64,000 bases of DNA, taken from contig JAZOVH010000078.1 of assembly GCA_045658585.1 (NCBI GenBank), forward strand, positions 20,234 through 84,233. Reading direction: 5' to 3'. Source of the DNA: Acutalibacteraceae bacterium. GTDB lineage: Bacteria > Bacillota > Clostridia > Oscillospirales > Acutalibacteraceae. The position numbers and the translations under genes are program-made. Positions 10,426-19,637 of the stretch are shown here, piece by piece. Every line of letters starts with the position of its first letter. Position 1 is the first letter of the stretch. Under the pieces are notes generated by a model, which did not search any database, was not told where the DNA came from, and saw only the letters and a program-made list of their open reading frames with translations.

Positions 10426-11640
10426 ATGATAAAAGAGATAAACGGCGGCATCTGTGCCGCAAAAGGATTTACCGCAAGCGGTGTTCATTGCGGAATAAGA
10501 AAGAACAAAACAAAAAAAGACCTCGCTCTTATTTTCAGCGAGAAAAAGGCGGCTGCCGCCTGCGTTTACACGCAGAACCTTGTTAAGGGTGCACCGCTTA
10601 CAGTTACAAAGAATAATGTTGCAAACGGTTATGCTCAGGCAGTTATCTGCAACAGCGGCAACGCAAACACCTGCAATGCAAACGGCATTGAAATTGCAGA
10701 GCAGATGTGTTCACTTCTTTCAGAAGAATTAAAAATAGACGCAACCGATGTTATCGTTGCTTCAACGGGCGTTATCGGTCAGCCTCTCGATATAACTCCC
10801 ATTGCAGAGGGAATCCCCTCTCTTGTTAAAGAGCTTAAAGCGGACGGCAACGATGCCGCAACAGCTATTATGACAACTGATACAAAAGAAAAATGCGCAT
10901 CATATTCATTTGAAATCGGCGGCAAAGAATGTCATATAGGCGGTATCGCAAAGGGTTCGGGTATGATTCATCCCAATATGGCAACAATGCTTGTTTTTGT
11001 TACAACAGACGTCGCAATATCTCCCGAAATGCTTCAGAAAGCTCTGAGCAAAGATGTTAAGAGCTCATTCAATATGATAAGCGTTGACGGCGACACTTCA
11101 ACAAACGATATGGTTTCCGTTATGGCAAACGGTATGGCAGAAAATGATGAAATCGTTGCAGAGGGCGCTGATTTTGATGAATTCTGCAAAGCCCTCAATG
11201 CAGTAACAACAACTCTTTGCAGAATGATCGCAGGCGACGGCGAAGGCGCAACAAAACTTCTTGAATGCATCGTTTCGGGCGCAGACAGCGAAGAAACCGC
11301 AGTTACTGTTTCAAAATCAGTTATCTGCTCATCCCTTTTCAAAGCCGCAATGTTCGGTGCAGATGCAAACTGGGGCAGAGTTCTTTGCGCAATCGGGCAC
11401 AGCCGCGCCGATGTTGATGTTAACAAAATTGATGTTTCCTTTAAGTCAAGTGCAGGCACCATTGATGTTTGCAAAAACGGCGCAGGCATTGATTTTTCAG
11501 AAGAAATCGCAAAAGAAATCCTTATTCAGGATGAAATTCAGGTGCTCATCAATCTCAACAGCGGCGATGTTTCGGCAACCGCTTGGGGCTGCGACCTGAC
11601 ATATGATTATGTTAAAATCAACGGAGACTACAGAACCTAA
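10426..11640 (+). CDS. argJ: Ornithine acetyltransferase / N-acetylglutamate synthase
   Basis: NSGNANTC, ASTGVIG, IMTTDT, KGSGMIHPNMATML, DGDTSTND, DGEGATK. Confidence 0.96.
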   Translation: MIKEINGGICAAKGFTASGVHCGIRKNKTKKDLALIFSEKKAAAACVYTQNLVKGAPLTVTKNNVANGYAQAVICNSGNANTCNANGIEIAEQMCSLLSEELKIDATDVIVASTGVIGQPLDITPIAEGIPSLVKELKADGNDAATAIMTTDTKEKCASYSFEIGGKECHIGGIAKGSGMIHPNMATMLVFVTTDVAISPEMLQKALSKDVKSSFNMISVDGDTSTNDMVSVMANGMAENDEIVAEGADFDEFCKALNAVTTTLCRMIAGDGEGATKLLECIVSGADSEETAVTVSKSVICSSLFKAAMFGADANWGRVLCAIGHSRADVDVNKIDVSFKSSAGTIDVCKNGAGIDFSEEIAKEILIQDEIQVLINLNSGDVSATAWGCDLTYDYVKINGDYRT

Positions 11641-11659
11641 TATTTACGGAGAAATGATA

Positions 11660-12517
11660 ATGGAACTTACAAATGCAAAAAGAGGTCAGATACTTGTTGA
11701 AGCACTGCCCTATATTCAGAAATATACAAATAAAATTGTTGTTATCAAATACGGCGGAAACGCTATGATAAATGAAGACCTTAAAAATGCGGTTATGGGT
11801 GATATTGCCCTGCTTGCTCAAATCGGCATCAAAGTTGTGCTCGTTCACGGCGGCGGTCCCGAAATCAGCGATATGCTCAAGAAGATTAACAAAAAGAGCG
11901 AATTTGTTGACGGTCTTCGCGTAACAGACAAAGAAACCGCAGACATTGTTCAGATGGTGCTTGCGGGCAAGGTTAACAAAAGCCTTGTTAACAAACTTGA
12001 AAGCCTCGGCGGCAAAGCAATCGGTCTTTGCGGCGCAGACGGCAATCTTATCACCGCAAAGGTAAAGGACGAGCGTCTCGGCTTTGTTGGCGAAATAACC
12101 AACATAAATCCCCAGCCTATTCTTGACCTGCTTGAAAGCGGATATATTCCCGTTGTTTCAACAACAGGCTTCGATAGCGAAGGCAATATTTATAACATAA
12201 ATGCAGACACTGCCGCTGCAGGCATTGCGGGCATTCTCAAGGCAGAAAGCTTTATTTCAATGACCGATATTGCAGGCATTCTCCGCGATAAGGATGACCC
12301 GTCAACGCTTATTCCCGAAATTCAGGTAAGCGAAATCCCCGAGCTTATTAACGACGGCATTATTTCAGGCGGTATGATTCCCAAAATCGACTGCTGCCGC
12401 GAAGCAATCCGCAGAGGCGTTAAGAAAGTATTTATCATTGACGGCAGAGAGCCTCACTCACTTCTTATTGAAATTCTTACTGATGAAGGTCTCGGCACAA
12501 TGTTTGTGCAGGGTTAA
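11660..12517 (+). CDS. argB: Acetylglutamate kinase
   Basis: VIKYGGNAM, VHGGGP, GLRVTD, YNINAD, GGMIPK. Confidence 0.96.
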   Translation: MELTNAKRGQILVEALPYIQKYTNKIVVIKYGGNAMINEDLKNAVMGDIALLAQIGIKVVLVHGGGPEISDMLKKINKKSEFVDGLRVTDKETADIVQMVLAGKVNKSLVNKLESLGGKAIGLCGADGNLITAKVKDERLGFVGEITNINPQPILDLLESGYIPVVSTTGFDSEGNIYNINADTAAAGIAGILKAESFISMTDIAGILRDKDDPSTLIPEIQVSEIPELINDGIISGGMIPKIDCCREAIRRGVKKVFIIDGREPHSLLIEILTDEGLGTMFVQG

Positions 12518-12526
12518 GGTGAAACA

Positions 12527-13690
12527 ATGAGCTTTATAAATACCGATAAAGAATATGTTGCAGGCACTTATGCGCGTTTTCCTCTTGCTCTTACAGAGGG
12601 CTGCGGTGCTCTGCTTTATGATGAAAATGAAAAAGAATATATTGATATGGGCAGCGGAATTGCAGTTAACACCTTCGGCATTGCAGATGACGAATGGCTT
12701 CAGGCAATAACCGAGCAGGCGGCAATTCTCGGCCACACATCAAATCTTTACTATACAAAGCCTTGCGCTGATTTGGCAGAGCTTCTTTGCAAAAGAACGG
12801 GAATGAAGAAAGTTTTCTTTTCAAACTCGGGTGCGGAAGCAAATGAATGCGCAATCAAAACAGCACGCCGCTGGGCTTTGCAGAATAAAGGCGAAGGTAA
12901 TCACACAATAATCACTCTCAAAAACAGTTTCCACGGCAGAACGATAACAACTCTTGCCGCAACGGGTCAGGACTCATTCCACACCGAATTCGGTCCTTTC
13001 ACAGAGGGTTTTGTTTACGCAGAGGCAAACAATCTTGAAAGCGTTAAGGCACTTGCTGATGAATACAACTGCGCCGCAATTATGATGGAAGCAATTCAGG
13101 GCGAGGGCGGAATCTATGTTCTTGAAGACGATTTCGTAAAAGGCGTTTTTGAAATTGCAAAAGAAAAGAATATGCTTGTTATCTTCGATGAAGTTCAGAC
13201 CGGTAACGGCAGAACGGGCAAGCTTTATGCTTATATGCATTACGGAGTAACTCCCGATATAGTTTCAACCGCAAAAGGTCTTGGAGGCGGTCTGCCTCTC
13301 GGCTGCACAATGCTCGGAGAAAAGGTTAAGGATACCCTTACCCCCGGTTCTCACGGCTCAACTTTCGGCGGAAACCCCATCTGCTGTGCAGGCGCTTTAA
13401 GCATTCTTTCAAGAATTGACGAAAATCTGCTCAAGGATGTTACCGCAAAGAGCGAATATATTCTTTCACGCCTGAACGGCGCAAAGGGAGTTAAAAGCGT
13501 TTCGGGCAAAGGTTTTATGCTCGGCATTGAAACCGAAAAGCCCGCAAAGGAAGTTATTGCCTCCGCAATGGAAAAGGGTGTTCTTGTTTTAAGTGCAAAA
13601 ACCAAAGTTCGCCTCCTGCCTCCCCTCAATATCACTTTTGATTTGCTTGAAATTGCAATGGATAAGCTTTTGGAAGCTATCGCAGAATAA
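12527..13690 (+). CDS. argD: Acetylornithine aminotransferase
   Basis: FSNSGAEANE, SFHGRT, DEVQTGNGRTG, AKGLGGG, HGSTFGGNP; located in the arg operon. Confidence 0.93.
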   Translation: MSFINTDKEYVAGTYARFPLALTEGCGALLYDENEKEYIDMGSGIAVNTFGIADDEWLQAITEQAAILGHTSNLYYTKPCADLAELLCKRTGMKKVFFSNSGAEANECAIKTARRWALQNKGEGNHTIITLKNSFHGRTITTLAATGQDSFHTEFGPFTEGFVYAEANNLESVKALADEYNCAAIMMEAIQGEGGIYVLEDDFVKGVFEIAKEKNMLVIFDEVQTGNGRTGKLYAYMHYGVTPDIVSTAKGLGGGLPLGCTMLGEKVKDTLTPGSHGSTFGGNPICCAGALSILSRIDENLLKDVTAKSEYILSRLNGAKGVKSVSGKGFMLGIETEKPAKEVIASAMEKGVLVLSAKTKVRLLPPLNITFDLLEIAMDKLLEAIAE

Positions 13691-13695
13691 AAATT

Positions 13696-13724
13696 AACCG
13701 TCGGTAAAAATACCGACGGTTTTT
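13696..13724 (+). terminator. arg operon terminator
   Basis: AACCGTCGGTA-AAAA-TACCGACGGTT followed by TTT. Confidence 0.8.
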
Positions 13725-13738
13725 GCTTTGTTTACAAC

Positions 13739-13770
13739 AAAAGCACATACCGTAATCGGTATGTGCTTTT
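13739..13770 (-). terminator. Terminator for the PHP-like gene
   Basis: AAAAGCACATACCG-TAAT-CGGTATGTGCTTTT. Confidence 0.75.
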
Positions 13771-13777
13771 TAATTCA

Positions 13778-15136
13778 TTAGAGTGCCTTTTTAATTTCCA
13801 TAATAAGTGTCCAGATTTTTGTGCCTTTTAAGAAAGCAAGAAGATTATCAATAAAGCTCTTTTCTTCTTCAACAAACTCAAGAGGCTCGCTGCCGTTATC
13901 AATAACAAGAGCCTGGCTGATGCAAAGACCGCCTTCGCCATAAATTTCAGCTCTTACATACTGGAAATTTTCTGAACCCTTGATTGTATCGAGGTCAAGT
14001 GTATTTGCACCGTTCAATGCTTCCTTTGAAATAACCTCGCCGTTTGCAATCCATCTGATTTCGGTTGCATCCTTTGCAGTTGCGGTAATCTTATGACCGT
14101 CAACGGTAAGGCTTGTAAACATAGGATAAGGAAGACCCTGATTCATAACATCAATTTCTGCTTCAGGACCTATTGTGCCATTTGGTCTGATCTTTCTTGT
14201 TATCATAAAGAATGCACCGCTCTGCATGGTTTCCTTAATGTTTTCAACATCGTTTTCCTTCATCATAAACACGCTGAAGGATGAATCAACGGTGCCTGTG
14301 TGGTGAGCATCGGTATTGCTGAAGCCGATGATGTTCTTGCCGTAGGGAAGGCAATACATAAGAAGGTTATCCCAGAGAATTCTGTCATAGCCTGTTGTGC
14401 CGTTTCTTTCATTGAAAACTTCCGTACCGAGACAGCTGTCATATTTAAGCATAAGATCGCCGAAGAATTTGATGTTTTCGGGATCGTTTACTGCATCGGG
14501 ATTATCGTTGGTTGCAAGCCAGTCACCGGGATGATTGATATGTGAAAGACCGCCGTTTTCATCAACAAACTTTACTGCCTGCTCATAGCCGAATTCATTT
14601 TCCATACCGGCAAAGCCCTTACCCTTATCTAAAGGAAGGAAGAAACCGTTAACATGGTTCTTTGTGAGTGCAATGTAATTGAGTTCGTTTGCACCAAGAA
14701 CAGGAACCATCTTCTTATTTCTTGCTGCCCCTGTGGCATCGGGATATGAACCGTCCTGAATAGCCTTATATTCTTCTGTTGTGAGATGTTCATACTTGCA
14801 GCCGATGATGGGCTGATAAAGATAGAGTGCAGGGAAAGAAGGAGCTTCATCCCAGTCAGCACCTGTAACACCGTGGTCTGCAACAGCAACAAAATCATAA
14901 TCCTGATTATAATATTCTTTTGTCATTACAGAAAGAGATTCGCTTGCGTCGCTGTAAGTTGTGTGTGTATGGAGTGTACCCTTATATGCACCCCATGCAT
15001 TGTCGCCACTCCAAACAACATCTTCATAGGGGGAAACGATTTTGTAATCTGCATCACCGGCAAAGCCGATAACCGCAAACTGCATCAGCATAATTGCAGA
15101 AAGAATTATGCTTATTACTTTTTTTGCATTTTTCAT
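13778..15136 (-). CDS. Secreted PHP-domain (metal-dependent phosphoesterase-like) protein
   Basis: Signal peptide; GTLHTHTTYSD, VAVADH, INHP and TDAH PHP motifs. Confidence 0.7.
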   Translation of the reverse strand: MKNAKKVISIILSAIMLMQFAVIGFAGDADYKIVSPYEDVVWSGDNAWGAYKGTLHTHTTYSDASESLSVMTKEYYNQDYDFVAVADHGVTGADWDEAPSFPALYLYQPIIGCKYEHLTTEEYKAIQDGSYPDATGAARNKKMVPVLGANELNYIALTKNHVNGFFLPLDKGKGFAGMENEFGYEQAVKFVDENGGLSHINHPGDWLATNDNPDAVNDPENIKFFGDLMLKYDSCLGTEVFNERNGTTGYDRILWDNLLMYCLPYGKNIIGFSNTDAHHTGTVDSSFSVFMMKENDVENIKETMQSGAFFMITRKIRPNGTIGPEAEIDVMNQGLPYPMFTSLTVDGHKITATAKDATEIRWIANGEVISKEALNGANTLDLDTIKGSENFQYVRAEIYGEGGLCISQALVIDNGSEPLEFVEEEKSFIDNLLAFLKGTKIWTLIMEIKKAL

Positions 15137-15191
15137 AACAACATCTCCTGATAAAATTATAAATATATTAAACCAAATTTACCGACAAAAG

Positions 15192-17942
15192 TCAATTATT
15201 AATTGCAGAAAGCCTTATGCAGGTTACAGAATAAGCGGGAACGGTATAGTTGAATCGATTTGAAAAACCGTCAACCGTAAATTCTTCCATAATACAATCC
15301 TCTTTTTCTCCGAGGATATTATCATCGGCAAGGCTTTCGCCTGCAACCTGACTGATTTTTGCGCTCTTTGCAATATCCTTACCCGCAACATCAACCGCAA
15401 CAACTCTGCTTGATGATGTTACATTAACAATTTTAACAATCACATCGCCTGTTTCGTCGGTGCTCACAACGTGATAAGCCTCTGCTTCGGCACCCGAAGC
15501 AAAATCCCAGTCAACATAAAGCTCGCCGTCTATGTAGCATTTAACCTTTGTGCCCGAAACAACAACCTTAAGCTCATAGGTTTTGCCCGTTTCAACGGTA
15601 AAGGGTTTATCCGTGCCTATAATCTTGCCCGTTTTGATTCCGTTTTCAATCTTCTGCAATGCGGAAACGGTATTGCCCCAGCCGCCAATATTCCAGAAAT
15701 AGTTATTATCAATATCTTTAACCGCAAAGGGAATCAAAAATCCTTCTCCGCCGTCAAGCTTTGTTGCTTCAATGGTATATGTATAATCAGTCCAATCTTC
15801 ATCTCCGAAATATGCAACCGAGCCCGTATTGCTGTATTGCATCCAGGTTGAGCTTTGAAGCAATTTCCCGTTCTTGATTGAAAAATCGCCGTCGCTTGCC
15901 TTTTCCCAATGCCACCAGAGAGGAACGGCAGTAAATGAATCCGAAGCGATTTTTTTGCCCGTAGCGTTATCAACAAGCTTTATGTTATCAAATTCAGCCG
16001 CAGTATACCAGGTGCCAACGCCAACTCTGCCCGTAAGCGGCGCTCTTTCAATCTTTGCACCCTCAAGGGTTGATTTAAGAAGAGTTAAGCCCGCGTTGGT
16101 TGAGAAAATTTTCTGCATATAGTAGCTGATTGAACCCGTGCTCTGATGATTATTGAACCAAATCAAATCGGGTGCCCAATGCCTTGCGGTAAGATTACCG
16201 AAAAGCGGAGCATATGCCGCCATTTTTACTATATCGCCGTTTCTTTCAAGGCCCGTCATATATGCCGCTTCTGCAAGCGCCGCTTTAAGAGTGTTTGATC
16301 TTGCCGCATATTCGCCAAGAAATACATTTATTCCGCCGCCATAGAGTGTGTCGGTCATTTCCGAAGCACTTCTTCTGTAGTTTTTCTCATCATAATAGTC
16401 TGTATTTTCAAGGAACCATTCGGGGTCATTATAATAATGCTGGTCGGTTGCGCCCGCAAACGCAAGGGCATCACCGCCGTAATTATTCATTATTTCTTCT
16501 TTTGCATATTCATAGGATTTGATATAGTTATCGCCGTGAGTGCCGTCGGATGCACCTGAAGAATAAATCAGTTCAAGCCCTTCGTAAAGTTCAGGATTGT
16601 TTGCTTTAGCTTCATTGAACGAATCAAGGAAAACTTTGTAACGTTCAAAATAAACCTCGTTTTCATTCTCGTTGCCGATGCAGATATATTTGAGTTCAAA
16701 AGATTCTTCGTGTCCGAGCGAAGCCCTCACCTTGCCCCATTTGCTGTTTGCATCACCTCGGCAGAATTCAACCAGATCGTGCATATCCTGAATATATTGA
16801 GCAAACTCCTCACTATCCATATCAACGGGACCCAGTCCTCTCATCTGGCAATAAAGTCCGCAGTTGAGAACCGGCACACCGATTGCTCCGATATCCTCTG
16901 CAAGCTGAAAATATTCAAAAAAGCCGAGTCCGTAAGACATAAACGAGGGATACAGGTCATCCGTTGCGGAAATATCTGTCCAGAGATTTGTGCCCTGCTT
17001 TCTTGCGGCAACATCGCCGTAATTTCCGTTGAATTCAAGCGGTTCACCGTTTCTGCCCGTGCCGATTGAATCCTTCCAATTATACGCAGTATCATAGTTA
17101 TATCCTTCAATTATGCATCCGCCGGGGAAACGGAGAAACTTCGGTTCAAGCTCTTCAAGAAGCTCGCCCAAATCCTTTCTCATTCCGTTTTCTCTGCCCT
17201 TGAAGGTATCTTCGGGGAAAAGAGAAACCATATCAAATGCAACACTTCCGTTATCAATAAGCACCCGAAGCGTAACACCCGAGAATGCCGTTGCAGACGA
17301 GGTTATCGAAACCGAATATTTCTGCCATTCATCAGTTATCTTATCGATTTTTGCTTCGCCAACAACATTTTCTCCGACTGCAAGCTGAACATAAACCGCT
17401 CCGTTATAGCCGTCAAGTGACCTTGCATAAACGCTGAAATTATAATGTGTATCTTTTTCAATTGACATTCCGTCAAGGAAACCCCTGTTGGCAAAGCCCG
17501 CCTTTTCTGCGGTTGGATTGGTTAAAACAGCATAGTTTGTGTTGTTTTCGTTCAATGCATTATTTATATCATTAACCTTAACCTCTGCGGTTGCTCCGCC
17601 AACGCTCTGCCAACCGTAAAGCTGGTCTCCTGCTGCAAGCTCGGTAAACTCAAATGAACGGTTAACAACAAGTTCTGCATAAAGTCCGCCGTCTGCCGCA
17701 AAATTGATATCCTCAAAGAAAACACCGAAAAGCAAATCGCTTATATCGTGTATTTCTTCACCCGCATCAACTGAAAGCTGATAATCGGATTCCTCTCTGT
17801 TATAAGCAGTAACCGTATTTTCTTGCGGTCTGTTAATTTCTGTCTGCTCCTCTCCGCCGAAAATCCCGCCCGTAAGAGCAAGCAAAGCCGACATTAACGC
17901 CGCAAATGCTTTTTTCAATCCTTTTATAATTATAAATTTCAT
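15192..17942 (-). CDS. Alpha-L-arabinofuranosidase, GH51, extracellular multidomain
   Basis: FFEDINFAADGGLYAE, LRFPGGC, IGNENE, DQHYY, FLGEYA, LERNGDIVKMAAYAPLF. Confidence 0.9.
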   Translation of the reverse strand: MKFIIIKGLKKAFAALMSALLALTGGIFGGEEQTEINRPQENTVTAYNREESDYQLSVDAGEEIHDISDLLFGVFFEDINFAADGGLYAELVVNRSFEFTELAAGDQLYGWQSVGGATAEVKVNDINNALNENNTNYAVLTNPTAEKAGFANRGFLDGMSIEKDTHYNFSVYARSLDGYNGAVYVQLAVGENVVGEAKIDKITDEWQKYSVSITSSATAFSGVTLRVLIDNGSVAFDMVSLFPEDTFKGRENGMRKDLGELLEELEPKFLRFPGGCIIEGYNYDTAYNWKDSIGTGRNGEPLEFNGNYGDVAARKQGTNLWTDISATDDLYPSFMSYGLGFFEYFQLAEDIGAIGVPVLNCGLYCQMRGLGPVDMDSEEFAQYIQDMHDLVEFCRGDANSKWGKVRASLGHEESFELKYICIGNENENEVYFERYKVFLDSFNEAKANNPELYEGLELIYSSGASDGTHGDNYIKSYEYAKEEIMNNYGGDALAFAGATDQHYYNDPEWFLENTDYYDEKNYRRSASEMTDTLYGGGINVFLGEYAARSNTLKAALAEAAYMTGLERNGDIVKMAAYAPLFGNLTARHWAPDLIWFNNHQSTGSISYYMQKIFSTNAGLTLLKSTLEGAKIERAPLTGRVGVGTWYTAAEFDNIKLVDNATGKKIASDSFTAVPLWWHWEKASDGDFSIKNGKLLQSSTWMQYSNTGSVAYFGDEDWTDYTYTIEATKLDGGEGFLIPFAVKDIDNNYFWNIGGWGNTVSALQKIENGIKTGKIIGTDKPFTVETGKTYELKVVVSGTKVKCYIDGELYVDWDFASGAEAEAYHVVSTDETGDVIVKIVNVTSSSRVVAVDVAGKDIAKSAKISQVAGESLADDNILGEKEDCIMEEFTVDGFSNRFNYTVPAYSVTCIRLSAINN

Positions 17943-18031
17943 CGGTTCTCTCCTTGAATAAATATACATTTATATAATATATTAAAAATTCATTCAAGTC
18001 AATAAAAAGAACCGTTGCTGAATTGCAACGG

Positions 18032-18292
18032 TTAAAAAGCATTAAATATAAAATTTAAAATAACTGTGCAGATAACTCCCGGCAAACCAAGAAGCGCCGC
18101 GGCACCCGCAGTCCAGTAATTCAGAGCAATATTCACTCCCGTTACCATTCCCGAAAGGTTAACCGCAAAAAGCGCCGCCAAGCCTTGCAGAGCAGACAGA
18201 AAAAAGCTTCTTCCGCCCTTGGGCGATTTAAGAATCCATAGCAAAACACAAATTCCGCTGGTAACAGCCGCCGCAATAAAAAATGCGTTCAT
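18032..18292 (-). CDS. bofA: Pro-sigmaK processing inhibitor BofA family
   Basis: Small hydrophobic protein with ...IALNYWT...LLGLPG motif, directly downstream of a yaaL-like gene. Confidence 0.75.
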   Translation of the reverse strand: MNAFFIAAAVTSGICVLLWILKSPKGGRSFFLSALQGLAALFAVNLSGMVTGVNIALNYWTAGAAALLGLPGVICTVILNFIFNAF

Positions 18293-18294
18293 TT

Positions 18295-18579
18295 CTATCC
18301 GACCTCCCGCCCGAAAACAGAAATTTCGGCGCATTCAATGCCCGTTTCCCTTGCTTTTTTCAGAAGATAGCGGTAAAGTGCTTTCAGTGACTGAATTTCA
18401 AATATAACAGATTCAAGCAAATCCTCGTTATTTTCATATTCAAATCTGCTGTATGCGTTATTCAGTTTTTCCGAAGTTTCCCGTATTTGCCTCACAATTT
18501 CATTGTTTTCGCTCTTCAATACGGGCTTTCTTATCATCTGATAGTAAAAAATCTTAGCTGAATTAAAATATTTTTCCAT
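18295..18579 (-). CDS. yaaL: YaaL/DUF2508 family protein
   Basis: AYSRFEYENNEDLLESVIFEIQSLKALYRYLLKKAR pattern; synteny with bofA. Confidence 0.75.
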   Translation of the reverse strand: MEKYFNSAKIFYYQMIRKPVLKSENNEIVRQIRETSEKLNNAYSRFEYENNEDLLESVIFEIQSLKALYRYLLKKARETGIECAEISVFGREVG

Positions 18580-18600
18580 ATTTTTTATCCTCCCGTAAAT

Positions 18601-18629
18601 ATTCTATAGAAATTATTGGACAAATATGA
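18601..18629 (-). promoter_or_regulatory. Possible sigma-E sporulation promoter for yaaL-bofA
   Basis: Minus strand reads TCATATT-N15-ATAGAAT, resembling the sigE consensus; bofA is sigE-dependent in B. subtilis. Confidence 0.35.
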
Positions 18630-18676
18630 TAGAATAATACAAATATGTTTTTCACACGCCGAAAGGAGTTAATAAT

Positions 18677-19636
18677 ATGAATCTTTATCCCATTAAACTT
18701 GCCCCCTATGTTTCGGAAACAATCTGGGGCGGCAGAAAGCTGATTGAAGAATACGGAGTTGTTACGGAAAAAGCCAATGCTGCCGAGGGCTGGATGCTTT
18801 CTTGTCATGAGGCGGGCGCAAGCACGGTTGTTAACGGAGTATTCAGCGGCAAATCCCTTGCCGATGTTGTTAAGAGTTACCCCGAGCTTTGCGGAAAAAA
18901 TGCAGAGAATTTTTCTGATTTTCCCATACTTATTAAATTTATAGATGCAATGGATAATTTATCCGTTCAGGTTCATCCCACAGATGAATACTGCAAAAAA
19001 ACAGGCAGAGGTCAGAGCAAAACCGAATGCTGGTATATCATTGATTGCGATGAAGATGCAAGCCTCATTCTCGGCTTTAAGGATAAAATCAGCCCCGAAG
19101 AATTCAAAGCGGCAATAGAAAACAACACTCTCACCGATTATGTTTGCAATGTACCCGTTAAAAAGGGAGATTTCTTCTTTATTGAATCAGGAACTTTGCA
19201 CGCTATCTGTAAAGGTATTTTACTTGCCGAAGTGCAAGAAAGCTCCAACACCACCTACCGTATATATGACTACGGAAGGCTCGGAAATGACGGCAAGCCA
19301 AGGGAATTGCACGTTTCTGACGCCGTTGAAGTAACAAAACTTGAAAAATATTCACAGCCCGATTTTTGTAAAGGCGATAAGCTTTACAACAGTAACAAAA
19401 AACTTCTTGCCGACTGCCCTCTTTTCAAGGTCTGGAAGCTTGATATTGACGGTGAATTCAGCGGAAATTCCGATGAAAACTCATTTGTTTCGTTCCTTAT
19501 TATGGACGGAGATGGCATTCTTGAATGCTGCAATGAAAATATTTCGCTCAAAAAGGGCGACAGCATTTTTATTCCCGCAAACGCAGGCGGATACACATTA
19601 AAAGGAAAGTTTGAAGTAATAGAAACGAGAATTTAA
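18677..19636 (+). CDS. manA: Mannose-6-phosphate isomerase, class I
   Basis: IWGG, FPILIKFIDA, LSVQVHP, KTECWY, GTLHAI, EVQESSNTTYRIYDY. Confidence 0.9.
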   Translation: MNLYPIKLAPYVSETIWGGRKLIEEYGVVTEKANAAEGWMLSCHEAGASTVVNGVFSGKSLADVVKSYPELCGKNAENFSDFPILIKFIDAMDNLSVQVHPTDEYCKKTGRGQSKTECWYIIDCDEDASLILGFKDKISPEEFKAAIENNTLTDYVCNVPVKKGDFFFIESGTLHAICKGILLAEVQESSNTTYRIYDYGRLGNDGKPRELHVSDAVEVTKLEKYSQPDFCKGDKLYNSNKKLLADCPLFKVWKLDIDGEFSGNSDENSFVSFLIMDGDGILECCNENISLKKGDSIFIPANAGGYTLKGKFEVIETRI

Positions 19637-19637
19637 A

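Noticed and set aside
17993-18003. TTGACTTGAAT shared upstream of GH51 and of the 28918 gene
   Set aside because: Largely explained by the -35 hexamer; too short to call a shared operator
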